Assembly: GCA_002104945.1 (NCBI GenBank)
Contig: MCFH01000097.1
Span: 1 to 64,000 of the forward strand
DNA from: Piromyces finnis finn
Lineage: Eukaryota; Fungi; Neocallimastigomycota
Direction of reading: 5' to 3'
DNA: 64,000 nucleotides
This document shows, piece after piece, positions 16,534 to 34,151 of the stretch. The notes beneath the pieces were generated by a model. The model did no database searches. It saw nothing but the letters and a program-made list of their open reading frames with translations, and was not told the origin of the DNA. Positions within the stretch are counted from its first letter, which is position 1. Every line of letters begins with the position of its first letter. The translations under genes and the position numbers were made by a program.

Positions 16534-17583
16534 TTAATCTTTTTTATTTATGATAGTCATTTGTATTTGAGAAAATTCTTCGTCATGACAAAAAATAATA
16601 GGTACTTTATCAATTAATTCTTTATATATTGTGATATTATGTTGACTTAATTGCTTAAGAAAAAGATCATAAGTTGATTTTTGACGAAGTGGATTGCATA
16701 GAATTATAGTTATTGTAGGAATAAGTTTTAAAAATTGAGATAATATATTAACAAGTGGCTCAATGTTTTCAGGATTATATATAACATCAGCACATATAAT
16801 TAAATTTAAATCACCATAAGCATTAATATCTAACACTTTTTCATTCCAATCTAATTTTTTAACTTTAGGAATTGTTAAATTCTCTTCTATTAATGAAGGT
16901 TTATTAGATTCAATATTTGTATAAAGGCGTTGTATTACATTTAAATTAACATCAGTAGAAATAATTGATTTTGCTCCCAGTTTAGCACAAATTAAAGATA
17001 AAAAACCTATTCCTGCACCTAATTCTATAATGTTTTTTCCTTTACAAAGTTTAGGGTTTTGAATAAAATATTCAGATAAACGAAGACTAGCTTCCCATGT
17101 TCTTAAACCAGTAGTTCCTTTAGATATCATAGATTTATCTTCTAATATTCTCAATGTATTTCTGCCTTTTTCATCAAGACTGTAAACTTTCCACCATGTA
17201 TTATCATTTTTATCTTTATCAATTAATGGTGTAACATTTGAAGTATATCCAACTGTAACGCTATTATTATGATTTTCATCAGAGAGTAGACTAAGATAAA
17301 AATTCAAAAGATTTTCATTTATTTCACAAAAATTCCTTTCAATGATATTAATAATCTTTTTAAGAATCTGCATAGTATAAGAAGATGCTATTTTATTTGA
17401 TTCTTGATTTTCTTGTATAATTGATAGTATTTCAGATTGGATATTACAGGAAAAAGTGGATGGAATAAAATCCCATTTCCAATTATATAAAGGAACAATT
17501 TGTAAATATTGTTTTTTGAAAGTGTATAAAAATTGTTGTTCCTCTTCATTTTCTAATTCACACATATTTATATATGTTATCAA
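16534..17583 (-). CDS. EFM3: Protein-lysine N-methyltransferase, Efm3/EEF2KMT (FAM86A) family
   Basis: 349-aa ORF with GTTGLRTWEASLRL, motif I IIELGAGIG, post-I STDVN and motif II IICADVIY. Confidence 0.8.
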   Translation of the reverse strand: MITYINMCELENEEEQQFLYTFKKQYLQIVPLYNWKWDFIPSTFSCNIQSEILSIIQENQESNKIASSYTMQILKKIINIIERNFCEINENLLNFYLSLLSDENHNNSVTVGYTSNVTPLIDKDKNDNTWWKVYSLDEKGRNTLRILEDKSMISKGTTGLRTWEASLRLSEYFIQNPKLCKGKNIIELGAGIGFLSLICAKLGAKSIISTDVNLNVIQRLYTNIESNKPSLIEENLTIPKVKKLDWNEKVLDINAYGDLNLIICADVIYNPENIEPLVNILSQFLKLIPTITIILCNPLRQKSTYDLFLKQLSQHNITIYKELIDKVPIIFCHDEEFSQIQMTIINKKD

Positions 17584-17912
17584 TAATCAATAGAAATAAA
17601 AATAAATATAATAATATAATATGTTTGTAATTTTTGTTACTATTATTGGTATTGCAATTTTTAATACTAAAATAAAATTAATTTTTTTTTTTTTATAAAA
17701 TACTATATTAAAGATTTTATATTTATAAACACATTTATTGTATATTTAAATTTTATTTATTTATTTTATTCTTTTATATGTAAATTTTAATTCTTAATTA
17801 TCCCTTTCATTACTTCATTTTTAACTCTTTAAAGCTTTGTAGTTTTTAATTTCAATAATGATTGGCTCAAATCTAGATAATAATTAAAATTTTAAGCATT
17901 TAAATAAATAAG

Positions 17913-17975
<63 letters not shown>
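17913..17975. repeat. (TAAA)n microsatellite
   Basis: Directly visible. Confidence 0.9.
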
Positions 17976-18120
17976 GTAGTATTAATATTTAATAATAATT
18001 AAATGTATGTTTGAATAAATTTTAAACTTAAGTATTTTATTTTTTTTATTACAATTATGTTATAATTAATATTATTATTGTTCTAATTATATTAATTAAT
18101 TATAAATATAAAAAAATAAA

Positions 18121-19322
18121 ATGTTTACTGGTATTGTTGAAGTACAAGGAAAGATTGTTTCCATTAACAAAAATGATTCCACTCAATCTGGTGGTAATGG
18201 ATTTTCCATAATTATTGGCGAATGTAAATCTATTTTAAGTGATTGTCATATTGGCGATAGTATTGCTGTAAATGGTATGCATTTAATAATGATTAGAAAA
18301 TTTATGTGAGTAATTGTAAAAGCTATCAAAATTAAAAAAATATTTGATATAAAAATTGTTAAATTATAAATGAAATAATGATAACAGTGTTAATATGAAA
18401 TATTCTTCATATGAACCTTTATAAATATAATTTTTAATTGGTTTAGAGTATAAGAATTAAATTTTGAAATCAAAATTTTAATTTAAAATTGAATTTTAAA
18501 AAATAATTATTTTATGAAAAATTATAAATATAAATAGGTACATGTTTAACTGTAACCGAATTTGATAAAGAATATGGTACTTTTAAAGTTAATATTGCCC
18601 CAGAAACTGTTAGAAAAACAAATTTAGGTAAATATATTATGCAATTAATATTATTTATTCTTAATATCAAAGAACAAAAAAAAAAAAAAAAAAAAGAAAA
18701 AAATTAATAATTGTATAAATTAAAATTATATTTTATATTTATATAAAGGTTTATTAAAAGAAGGTTCTTATGTTAATCTTGAAAGAGCAATGTCTACTGA
18801 TAATCGTTTTGGTGGGCACTTAGTTCAAGTAAATATACTAATTATATCAATAATATTTCATAGTAAAAGTTGCTAACCTATATAAATAAATAGGGACATG
18901 TTAATACTACTATAAAAGTTGATAATATTGAACTTGATCCTCCAAATTCTTTAGCTGTTACTTTCTATGTTCCAGAAATAGAAACTCTTGAAGATTATCA
19001 TGATGATGATGTTATGTTAGATATTCTTCCAAAAGGTTTTGTTTGTCTTGATGGAGTATCCCTTACTATTACACGTGTTGAACGGGAAAAACGTAAATTC
19101 AGTGTAATGTTAATTCCACATACACAAAAAATAGTTACACTTGGAAAATGTAAAGCAGGGGATATTATTAATTTAGAAGTTGATAATAACACAAAAACTG
19201 TAAGACGTGCACTTGAAGAAAATGGTATTTTGCGACGTGTTGTCGAAAAACAGGATAAGCTAGAAAAAGAAGTTGAAATACTAAAGGAAAAATTAAATAT
19301 TCTATTAAAAGAAAAACTTTAA
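18121..19322 (+). CDS. RIB5: Riboflavin synthase (alpha chain); exons 18121-18274, 18538-18627, 18749-18828, 18894-19322
   Basis: Diagnostic MFTGIVE N-terminus. Spliced product reads GDSIAVNG|TCLTV, NIAPETVRKTNLG, VNLERAM..RFGGHLVQ|GHV and KGFVCLDGVSLT, LIPHT, INLEVD. All introns are GT-AG and in frame. Confidence 0.93.
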
Positions 19323-20985
19323 TAATTCTTGAATGAATATGATATATATTATATTGTATTAAAATTTTATATAATTAAATTTAAAAATTATATTTTAAAA
19401 AAAAAAAAATTTTTTTTCAAATATTTTATATGCATCATTATCATTAATTATAAAGATTAACATTAATTATAAAGTTTAAAAATAAAAAATAAAATAAAAT
19501 AATTTCATAAAATTTAAAAAGAAAATTATTATTGCTATTATAAAGCTGAATGAATTGTTTATCGGGGATTTTATTTTCATTAATCCATGTTTTATCAAAT
19601 AGATCAATGCTTTTCTGAGACATTAAATACTAGAATAAATTTTTTATCATGGATTCGAAAAATAATTTTTTAATAGTATCAGACGTAATTCGATTTTGTT
19701 ATTTTTCATTTTAATTTAAATTTGTTTTTATAATAGAATTCTAAAAAAGATACCATCTATTTGAAGAAGCTTACGAGTGAATAAAGAATGATTAAGATTT
19801 AAGAGACTACTTAATTGATATTATGAACCTCTATCAGAAGTATGAAATTTGTAAATACAATATAAACAAAAAGTACTATCATAACTTGATTAAATTTTAC
19901 TCTTTCACAGACTAAATATTTATTTTATTTTTAAAATTAAATATTCCATAAAATATATTGAAAATTTTTTTTGAAAATATTAAAATATAATTTAAAGATA
20001 TATATTATATATCTACAATGTGATTTTTACTTTATATTATTGAAATTCACCACGGTTTTCTTACTACTGGATATTTTGGTGTAACTCATTCTTTGTAACT
20101 TTTGGTGGTAAAGAATTTATTAAATCCTGTGATGTGAGTTGCAAAATAAAATTTTTAAACATAAATCATATGGCTAATTATCCTCAGTATTAAACTCTTC
20201 ATTCCTTCAAAACTTTAGGTCGAGATTTTTTATTAACTTCATAGTTCCTAGGTCAAAGGATATGTTTATCATTATGGTTGTGTTGCTGTTCTATTATATT
20301 GTTTATCAATGTGATATAATATATTGATGCCAATGTATTTATTGTTTATATGATATGATAAATTTCTTGTAATAGAATATTTATATAGGTAAAAGCTTTT
20401 ACTTAAATATTAGGAATTTCCTTTTTCATATAAAATAGAATTGTAATTATTTTATATATTTATTTATTAATCTAATTGTTTCCAAATTCATAAATAAACA
20501 TAAAATTGTTTCAAATTGAAATTTCATTAAAATAACAAAAAATAATAAGAATCATGTTTTATATATATTATATATTATATATATTATTTTAGTATACTTC
20601 ATTTTAATTACAAATAAAATAAAATAATATATAATTAATTATTATTACCGGAATGAACTTTAAATGACTTATAAAAATGAAGTTTTTTAATAATTAAAAT
20701 CATTAGTATTTTATATTCATTATTTATTTATTTATTTATATATTTATTTATATATTTATTTTTATTATTATTTTGAAGGTTTAGAATTTTATTAATATTT
20801 TATATATTGACCTGTATTGCTATTGTCGTTGGAATTAATGTTGTTGATTATTATTTTATTTTTATTTTATTTTATTTTTTTTATTTTATTTTGTTTTTTT
20901 ATTTTATTTTTTGTTTTATTCTTTTTAAAATTAATAGATTATAAATAAAACTATATAATCATTTATTATGTAATTATGTAATTAT

Positions 20986-21020
<35 letters not shown>

Positions 21021-21143
21021 ATATATAAGCATCTATTTCATTTTAATTTAATTTAATATTTTCTAAAGAAATATAGAAGAAGGATTAAAATGAATATAAT
21101 AATAATAAAATAATAAAAATAAAGTAAAAAAAAAAAAAAATTA

Positions 21144-21184
<41 letters not shown>

Positions 21185-21223
21185 GAGAGTAGAAAATATT
21201 TAAAATGATGAATATGGATTAAA

Positions 21224-24029
<2,806 letters not shown>

Positions 24030-27000
24030 TTTGATATATTATCTATTATTTTAGAATTTAAATATTTCGATAAACATATGTATTGATAAATAGTAAAATT
24101 AAATATTATTAGTACTTTTAAATTTAAAATATTTTTATATAAATAAATTGATAGTTATTTATATATAAACAATAATGTATTAAATATTTATAATTAATGA
24201 CAAATATTTAAACAAAATTGTATTCATATATATATGAATAAATTTAATCAAAATGCATTATAAAAGAATTATGATAAAAAAAACTTTAATTAAAACAATT
24301 AAATAATATAAACAATTATAAATATATAATATTATAAAAGGTATATTTACCTGATTTTTACAATAAAATCAAAAAAAAAAAAGAAATAAAAAATTAAATA
24401 AAAAGAAAAGTTTATTATTATTATTATTTTTTTTTTTTACTTTGGTGTATAAGCAAAACAAAAATAGAAAAAAAGGCAAAATTATTATATAAAAACAATA
24501 TAGCATAATAATTTATATATATATTTATATATATATAAATTTATTAATCTAATTTAATTATTATTAAATTTTTTTTTTTTTTACAATGCTTTTCATGTGA
24601 AATTAAACAAAAAAAATTATTATCAATTAAAACCACTAGTAATAGAAGTTTCTTTTAGTAAATAAAATATATATATAAAAAGAAATTGAAAAAAAAAAAT
24701 AATAGGTTGTTTTAGAAAAAAAATATCTTCTTTCATTCTTATAAATAAACTTTGGAAAGATAATACGGAAAATTTTCATATAAAGATGAAAAGCTTTGCT
24801 AAAAATAATGTATAAAATAGATCCTAAATTACATTATTAATATTATTAAATATATATTTAGTTTTAAGATTTAATTTTACAATGGTTCTATAATTTATTA
24901 AAAATGTTAATATATGTAATAATCCTTGTAATATATAATTTCATTTATTTTAACAGTTATTCTCTCAAAGTTTTTCATATTATATTTTAAAAATTTTTTT
25001 GTATTTTTTTATTAATTAATGAGCTTACATATAAATAATACATAGCTTTATGAAAAAAAACAAACAAAAAACAATTAAAATAAAACAGTTACATGCCATA
25101 TTATATTTTAATAGTATTTATTATTTGTATAAAATTTTATTATTTGTATAAAACTTATTATTTTCTAAAGATCTTTCATTTAGATAAATAAATTTTTTTA
25201 AAACATATTATTATATTCCTCAATGCATTGTAATATATTTCGAAGTTTACCTTTAATATAAATTTGTTGACTTTTTTTAAAGAAAATAAATAAAAATCTT
25301 TAAATTTAATTAAATTTTTATTATTATTACTAAAATAGGAAATAATGTTGATCAAAAAAATATTTCTTTTTACAAAAAAGTTGAGCCTTTTTTTTAAAGG
25401 AAAAGTAAATTTATTAAATTTATTGTATTTAAAAATAAAAGAAGAAAATAATAATATCTATTTTTTTTTTTTGAATTCATTAGTAGTATTTAATTATTTT
25501 TAATATTCTAAATAAAATATAACTAAACAGGCAATATAAAAAATGAGTTATTTTTATTTATTCATATATAATTATATATATTATTATTTAATTTTATTAG
25601 TGTTATACAATGAGAATGAGATTTAGAGAAAATATTCTTTTAAATTATTCAAATACTTGTATATAAAAAAAATTATCATATGATATGTAAATAATATAGT
25701 ATAAAATACTATAAAATAAGGTTTAATAATAATGTAAAATTTCAAAAAAAAAAAAAAAAAAGATTTAAAAATCAATTCTCTATCAGCATAAGAATAATCT
25801 AATAGTGATTTTTGAGATATAATTAACTATATTGTATAATTTATGCCATTTATATACCATTTATGTATGTATGGAGAAGTTATAAAATACATATTATTTA
25901 TATTTATATATTATTTTAAATACTATTAATTTAGATGAATAAAAAACATTTAAAAAAACTTTCAAAAGTTAAAGGTTATCTTTTAAATACTTTGAAAGAA
26001 TATTTTATTTATTTGTTGTATATATATTTAATAAATCAAAAAAAAAAAAAAAAAAAGAAAAAAAAAAGATAATAAATGGTAATAATAAAAAAAAGTAAAA
26101 TATTTTTTTAATAAAATTTTTAATGAATTTATACATATATAATTATTTAATAAACTAGTTATAAAAGTCATATTATTCCATACAACAATTGCTAAATTAA
26201 AAAATTGAATAATCTTTTATAACCGTTTGAGTTACATATAAATTTTATTAAAAACTTTATATTATTTTAGACAGTTAAACTGTCAAATATTAATAAAATC
26301 CTCAAACTTCTTTTAGATTCTAATTCTTATATAATTATATATATTATATTATTATATATATCAGTTCTATAATAATATATAGTTTAAATATGTATTTGAA
26401 TATAAAAACAAAAACTAAAAAAAAAATTTGATAAGGGTAATATAAATACAAAAGAAAGACAATCTAAATTACTTGATAGATATTTTGCTTTATATTCTGG
26501 TTTTCTTTTTAAATTTAATACACATATTTTTTTAGCAGCACTAATTCCATGGTTATTAATTGCTCTTTGAACTACAAAAATTTTTATAAATAAAAATTTA
26601 ATAAATCATAATATATTTTAGTTATAGGAATTGAATTTCTATACATTTTTTTAATTGAATAGTTCAATAATTTAAATAAAGAATCAGTATAAACATTTAA
26701 TTCTTTCCGTAATACTTTCCCAGTTAAAATTTTATTTTACATATATATATATACATTTGTTTATACGCTTTAGTAATACATTATATATTTAGAAAAATAA
26801 ATCTAAATTATTTAACTTAATCTAGAAATATGTAGAATAGAATATTCCTGTATTAAGTAATACGCCACAATTTATAGTATAAATAGAGAATGAATAAATA
26901 TATAAACTATTTATGTTCTTTGTAATTACTTTTTTATTAATAATATTAATAAATAAGTTTTATTATTAGAAACAATATTATAAATTTTCTCATGTGTAAT

Positions 27001-27448
27001 TATTATTAAGAGTAGTTGTTAATTTAGGTTTTATAATTATGTCAACTTTATTTATATTAATTGTGATAATAACTACATTAGATTAATTAATAGAAATTTG
27101 AATAAATTTTATTACAAAATATGGCTAATTAAATTACTAAAATTATTGTTCATGAATATTCTTAGAACATGCGAATTACTAATACATTTCTAATTATTAT
27201 TAATACATTAATTAAAAAATATTAAATATAATAAAATATTTACTATTTATATGGTTTGTTTGTTCTACAATACAAAAGACATATGACTGATACATTTAAT
27301 ATAAATACAGATAATAATATTTTTTGATAAAACTTAATAATACCAATAATTCATCTAAAATTTATAAATAATATAGAAATTATGTAATTCATATTACAAT
27401 TAAATATAGAGATAATTCATTATTTTACAATAATGTAAGAAATAATAT

Positions 27449-28003
27449 GTCGTTCCAGTTTTTATCCTGGTTGTTAAGGCGTTTCCTTAGCATACATAAG
27501 GCTTCTGGTTCGACCCCGCAGATGTCAGTGCCTGTGGATTTTCCCACTGGGTTTGCCATGGGTTGGGTTATGATATTCAGGTAAGTATAAATGAACTTTC
27601 TAATTTACTACTATGATAATAACACTCGTCTAGCCGGCCTGAGAGGGTCTAGTGTACATGGTACATTCCAAATTAGAACTTAATAAGTGGTGACTTAGGC
27701 TATGCCAAAAACACATAATATTCCTTAATCAATTTAAGTGTAAACATTAGGGGGCGGTTGACACGTGATCAAATTGACTATAAGAGGCTTAGCATTGTAG
27801 TTGTGAAATATCGTACAACGACATGCATCTAATGTACATGGATTAAGTGAGCGTCGAAGCTGAAGAAACAGTATGACAGACCAGGAGGGTCACAACCACC
27901 TAGCAATAGGAATGAGCCAACGTTTCTCTAAGAACCACCATTGGAGCTAACTCTGATCGATGGGAGAAATGCACTCGGAAGTTAAAAAAAAAAAAAAAAA
28001 AAA
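27449..28003 (+). mobile_element. tRNA-derived SINE, copy 2
   Basis: Head GTCGTTCCAGTTTTTATCCTGGTTGTTAAGGCGTTTCCTTAGCATACATAAGGCTTCTGGTTCGACCCCGC (B-box 27507-27517), ends GGAAGTT + A20 (27984-28003). Perfect 14-bp TSD GTAAGAAATAATAT at 27435-27448 and 28004-28017. Confidence 0.88.
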
Positions 28004-29536
28004 GTAAGAAATAATATAAATAATAATAATCTTAAAAGAATTTAAAGATTTGAGAGGATTATAAACTGTAGTTATAATAAATATTATTTATATATTATCC
28101 TTTTTTTTTTCTCCATTATCCATTTTTCATATATTAATTTATCAAAATTAGAAAAATTTTCAAAATCAGTTTGCATCATTTATTATAATTCATTTATATA
28201 ATTCATTGTATCATTATTTTAGCAAAAAATATTGAATAAAAAAAAAAATGAAATAAATTTTTTAAAATTTTATTATATATTTTTTTGAAACAACTGAAGA
28301 ATAAAACCTGTATATTTAAAATATATGATAATCTTCTAAAAAAATATAATGTATAATGTAATATTTAATATGGATGGAAGAATGTAACAAATTACTAATT
28401 AATGAGAATATTTTTAATATATAATAATAATGATATTCGATTTAGTAAACTTTTATGCCATAATTTTATACCAGACTAAAAATCCCTTACAAGACTTTTA
28501 GCTAGACTTTTTTATTAGAATATATTCTACCATTACCCCTAATTAAAAATATTAAAAATTTTATCTTGATCTTTATATTTATACGAAAATAATATATACA
28601 CGTGATATATACATGCATGTATATCAAATATCATCTAATATATTATATTTTTATTTTTATTCTATTTATTTAATATAATTAATATATATTAAGAAAAAAA
28701 TACATTGCTGAAATTGGTATTATGACATTACCATTAATACCTAAGAATCCTAAAAATACATTAGTTTTTTATATATTTTAATAAATTGGAATAAATTTGA
28801 ATAAACCTTATAAAATGTAAATAATATATTAGAATGAATTATAGAATATATATATTTTTTATGTTTTTTTTTTTTTTTTTTTTTTTTACAAAGGATTTTT
28901 ATTTTTAAAAAAAATGAAAAATAAATCTTTTGTAATTTTTTTTTTCTTTTTTTATTAATATAATTTATGTTATTATGGTAAACATGAAATTTATACACTT
29001 TCATAATAGAATTTATAAAAAAATTTTATTTTTAAATTTTAACAATAAAATATGAAAGTTTTATTTTTATAAAAATATAAAATATTTTATTTTTTGTTAT
29101 GAAAATTAGTCTATATTTGTTCAATTAATCTATAATAATATATATTTCAACAAATAACTAAAATATATATGATAAAGATAGTACTTAATATTAACGTTTT
29201 TAGATAAAATTACTTAATGAAAGAATAGAATAATTAATAAAATTTAAATTTTTAGATCAATAATTATTAAATAACCATAAAATAAATATAATAATAATAA
29301 ATTTAAAAAAAAATAATCTTGTTTTAAATATATATTAAATAATAATAAGAAAATAATAAGATATTATATAACATTATATAATTAATATATAATTGTAAAT
29401 TATAATTTTTAATATACGAAATATTTACTTTAAAGATAATTTAAATATATATATAGGGAATTTTATATGTACACTACTTTTCCCCTTTTTTAAAAATAAA
29501 CAAACATTTAATCCTTTTAAATAACAATAAATAAAA

Positions 29537-31669
29537 ATGGCAGATAATGAAATATTAAAACAAATTGCATTACTTAATCCAAGAATAATTAATGGAAATG
29601 AAATAGATTCAGTCAATGATTTCATCGTAAATAGTGATGCTTCCAGTCCAGTAGAAGATACTGTTATAGAAAGCCATAATATAGAAGAAGAAAATGATAT
29701 TTTAAATTTGTGGTCATCGAAAGATATTTTGTTTGATCCATTTGATCCTTCAAAAATAAGTAAGCATAATGAAATAGCCAAAAATAAATATTCGTAGTAA
29801 AAATTAAAAAATATATGAATACTATTTATATAATTAATAATACTTATTTTATGTTTTTTTTTTTTTTTTTTTTTTAAAGATCCTTCTACTCAATCTCAAA
29901 CCAATCAAACTTTTACAGTTGAAGAAAAATTAAGTGAAAGAGAAATCGATAGGCAAAGATATAATAGATTAAAACAACAAAAACAAAGTATATATATTAA
30001 TAGAGGAAGACATAATAGAAACGATAATAATAAAAGAGATAATGCCAGAGATGTTTTACATCTTGATAATCTTCACAACTTTCAACTTCAACAATTACTA
30101 ATAAATGAAAAAAATAAAAATAAAGAAACAAGCCAAGCATTTAATAATAACAACATATTACAAACTTCTACTAGTAATACAAATACTACTACCCAAGAAT
30201 TAATGAATAGTATAATATCGACATCAATAGGTAATAACTCAAAATTAAATACTTCGTTGAATCAAATGAGTTTTCAAATAGGTTTAGATAATAATGATAA
30301 AGGTAGTAACGACAAAGGAAATGATTTATATTCACAACTATTAAACTCAATTAATTCAGGAAAGAAAAATTCCAAAAAGGAATCTGATACAATATATAGT
30401 AAAACAAATGATTGTCGTAATAAAGAAATTGCTGAAAAAAAGAAAAGAAGATCAGCAGCAACCATGAGATGCCGTGAAAGAAAGAAAAATCAATTACAAA
30501 AGAAAGAACAATATATTAAATATTTAGAAAATCAAAATTTGTTTCTTAATGGTTCAATATTACATATGAAAAATGAAATTAACTGGTTAAGACGTTCATT
30601 TTTAGACCAATATGGTGAACAGTCACTTAAGAACATATATATGAAAAATGGTTTTAAAGATGTTAACTTTAATAATATATTATACCCTGGTTCTACTTCA
30701 TCACCTACTTCTTTTACTAGTTCTACCACCATGATGTCTCCAAATTTAAATATGAATGGAAACTCAAATGTAAATATTGATCAAAGTCCAAAACAATCAA
30801 AAAGTTGTACTTTACTTCCACAAGATTCCACTTTTTTAACACCTACTTCTTCTGCACCAACTAATACTAATAATATTCTTTCTCGATATTCGCCACCATT
30901 ATCTTCTAATGAAAAGATTACAAATAATATTACTAATACTTCTGTATCACCTCAAAAAATACCATCTTTAATTCAAAAGAGCCCTATTTCTTGTAATTCC
31001 ACAAATGTAAATTCAAAATTTATAAGTTCTAATAACCTAACTAGCCAACCTACTTTTTCAAATCTTAATAATAAAACAGTTATTAATAATACCTCTGTCA
31101 ATGATCTTTTTAATCATCTGGATATGACAACATTAAATGAATTTGCTAATCTTTCTAAAGAACAAAGAGATGTACTATTGAAAATCTTAGAAAAACAAAG
31201 AGAATTGTATAATGATGAAAGGTCAGAAGAATTATCTGTAACTTCAGCCTCTTCAAGAAATTTCATTAATATCGCTCACAATAATGAATCTCAATCCCAA
31301 CTTTCAAAACCACCAAATTCTTTACTGAATCTTGTTCCAACAAATAATAGTATTACTAACCCCACTGATACTACTCAATTCAATCCATTGTTAACATCTA
31401 ATCTTTTAAATACTTTTAATAGGCATAATGGTATTAATAGCCTTTCTTTCAATTCCAATTCTATAGCTGTTTCTGCTTCTCAAACCTCCAATGGTCAAGT
31501 TCCATCATTACAAACATCTATAACATTAAGTAATTCAAATCCTAATCTTTTAACATCATTTAATGAACAAACCAAAAAGGAAACACCTTCTAATATCATA
31601 ACCACAACGAATGCAGACTCACAAAATTCGAATTATATTAATTTAGAAAACTTAATTTATTATATTTAG
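29537..31669 (+). CDS. bZIP transcription factor (ATF/CREB-like); exons 29537-29759 and 29880-31669
   Basis: GTAAGC donor at 29760 and AG acceptor at 29879 join the ORFs in frame. Basic region KKKRRSAATMRCRERKK is followed by a leucine zipper (YIKYLENQNLFLNGSILHMKNEINWL). Confidence 0.85.
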
Positions 31670-34151
31670 ACAATTGAAAATTCTTTAAAAAGTGGAAAGT
31701 AATTTTTATCGGTTTATACATAGTTATATATATAACACATGAATATAGTACAATGTTATATGTTATATAGGCTTACAATTACAAAATAAAAATATGAAAA
31801 AGAGAGAAAGAAAGAAAAAAAAAAAAAAAGAGGAGGAATCAAAATAAAATGAATAATAGTTGTTAAAAAATGTTTGAGCCACTTTATTTTTAAAGCAAGA
31901 AAATACTATTAATAATATTAATACTACTGTAAAATCTTTTTTTTTTTTTTTCATCAATTTTTTATTATTAATTTTTAATTAAGCAATAATACAACAATTT
32001 ATATCACAAAATACATATACTTTTTAATTTAATGTTTTATTGTAAAGATAGAAAATATTTTTGAAATTTATATATATAACATTTACTTTTATTAATTATT
32101 ATATTTATATATATGTAAAAGGAAAAGTAAAACATAAACAAAAATAAAATTAAAAGTAAAAATAAAAAAGAAGAAAATATAGTATTAATAAAAATTATGT
32201 TAATTTTATCAATATAAATATTTTTTATTTTTTTTATTTTTTTTATTTTTTTTCGTATAAATAAAAAACTATAATTAATGTTGATTATAACTATAATTAA
32301 TAAATAAATTAACTAGATTTTACTTTAAACTAAAGAAATAGTTTTATTATTAATAAAATAAATGAAGTTTGTAATAACAAAATTTCATTAAAACATATTT
32401 TTTGAATTATTTTAAATCGTAACAAAAAATATAAATAATGAACATCATATATTAATTATAAATCACAATCATTCAGAAAATAAAAATTTCTATTTCAATA
32501 AATAATATAAATATAATTCTATGTAGTAAAATAATTTTATTTTGAAGAAACATTTTGATAATCTTTGAAATAAATATATATTAATGTTAATATAAATGAA
32601 AGTTTTACAATAAAACATAAAAATAAAATATATTATATTTAAATTTCTTCTTTAAAAGTTACCGACAAAGTAAAAGTCAATTACAGATATTTCGTTATAA
32701 TTTTGAAACATTATATGCTAGAAAATGTTCAGATAATAATTGTAATTATTTAGACTATTAGAGAAGTATTAATTTTCTTTTAATGAACTTCATTTAATGT
32801 ATGTTATTTAGCTCCTTGTTTAACTAAGAGCTATTTTTCTATTATTTTTCCTTTTATGATGACATATAATTTTTCTCCTTATAATATCAAATATTATTAA
32901 CTTCTCTTTCTCTAATAAATGATATAAAAATACATAGTTAGATAATTAATTACTTGATATATAACACAATACTATTTGTATTGATATTATGTTTTATTAA
33001 TAATTAAAGCTTATTAGTTTATGATATTATAACTTTTCTGACGTCTGGAATCCGTCTTGAAGAAGGACATTATCAAATGTATTATGATAATTTAGTGTTC
33101 TTGACCTTAATTACTTTTACTTTTTATTAATTATTTACTTAGTCACATAAATTTATGATTTAGTAAAATTAGTGTGGCATTAAATTTTTATAATTGTGGT
33201 TCAATCTAAATAAATTAATACACATGATCACAAACATGATATAAGTTTCTTTTATGTTGTAGTAATTTAATATTAGTTTATTTATAATTTATTATATTAG
33301 GTGAAAAATATTTTATTACTATTAACTTCTCTCTTATTAATAATTTCACTTATAATATTTTCTTATTAATTATTAAAGCTCTTCTCTTTCTAATTATTAA
33401 TTATTTTTTACATGAATATTTTTATATTATAAAATTCCTATAATATAATTGAATATCAATTATATAATGTAATGTATTCATAATATATGAATAATAATTA
33501 AATAGGATATAATATAATATATTTTACATTTTATATGAAATATTACTATATAAGGAAAGATAATATAATACAAATAAGTATTACAATAAAATTAATACTA
33601 ATATATAATATTAATATTTAAGAATATAATGAAATATGTACATGAATTCTATAACTAATATATAAATAATGTATTATAATATATATCAATTATTATATTA
33701 TTATTATGAAATATTATATATAAATTTTTAAAGATGAAATTGAATATTCTAAATAATAAAAATTATTTTAAATATGGCTAATATGTAGCTAGACATATAA
33801 ATTTCATATCAAAAACTTCCCTGCTAGAATTGAGCTATAATTATTAATTATTTGATATAATTAAAATAATTATATGCGAAATAATTTAATAAAATTTATA
33901 TTGAAATATTTTTATAATTATATAAAAAAAAATTAAAAATTTTTATAAAAATTTTTATATTTAAATTTTTTTTTTTTTTTTTTGTTTTGTTTATATATAT
34001 ATGTATATATCTTCCTATTATTATTAATAATTAATATAATTATTAATCTACTAAGTTATCAATCTTCCTCTTACTTATTATTATAATTATATACTTATAT
34101 AGTTAGTATATATATATTTTAATACATTTATAATTTTATTTCATTTTATTT

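Noticed and set aside
19550-20330. Slightly GC-richer stretch between riboflavin synthase and ACSL 3' ends
   Set aside because: Only short, stop-interrupted frames with no recognisable motif, box C/D pair or TSD; possibly an old relic but not supportable.
26450-27300. Protein-like minus-strand fragments (e.g. ILTGKVLRKELNVYTDSLFK, FVVQRAINNHGISAAKK)
   Set aside because: Could not be joined into a gene or assigned to a family; may be a decayed gene. TBLASTX or RNA-seq would be needed.
27449-27520. SINE heads and LTR-C boxes as true tRNA genes
   Set aside because: Acceptor, anticodon and T-stems do not pair into a cloverleaf; only promoter boxes and the anticodon loop persist.
27630-27650. 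TAGCCGGCCTGAGAGGGT in SINE copy 2 resembles a bacterial 16S rRNA segment
   Set aside because: Similarity, recalled from memory, is limited to 18 nt with non-matching flanks and is absent from copy 1; it may be chance. BLASTN against an rRNA database would settle it.
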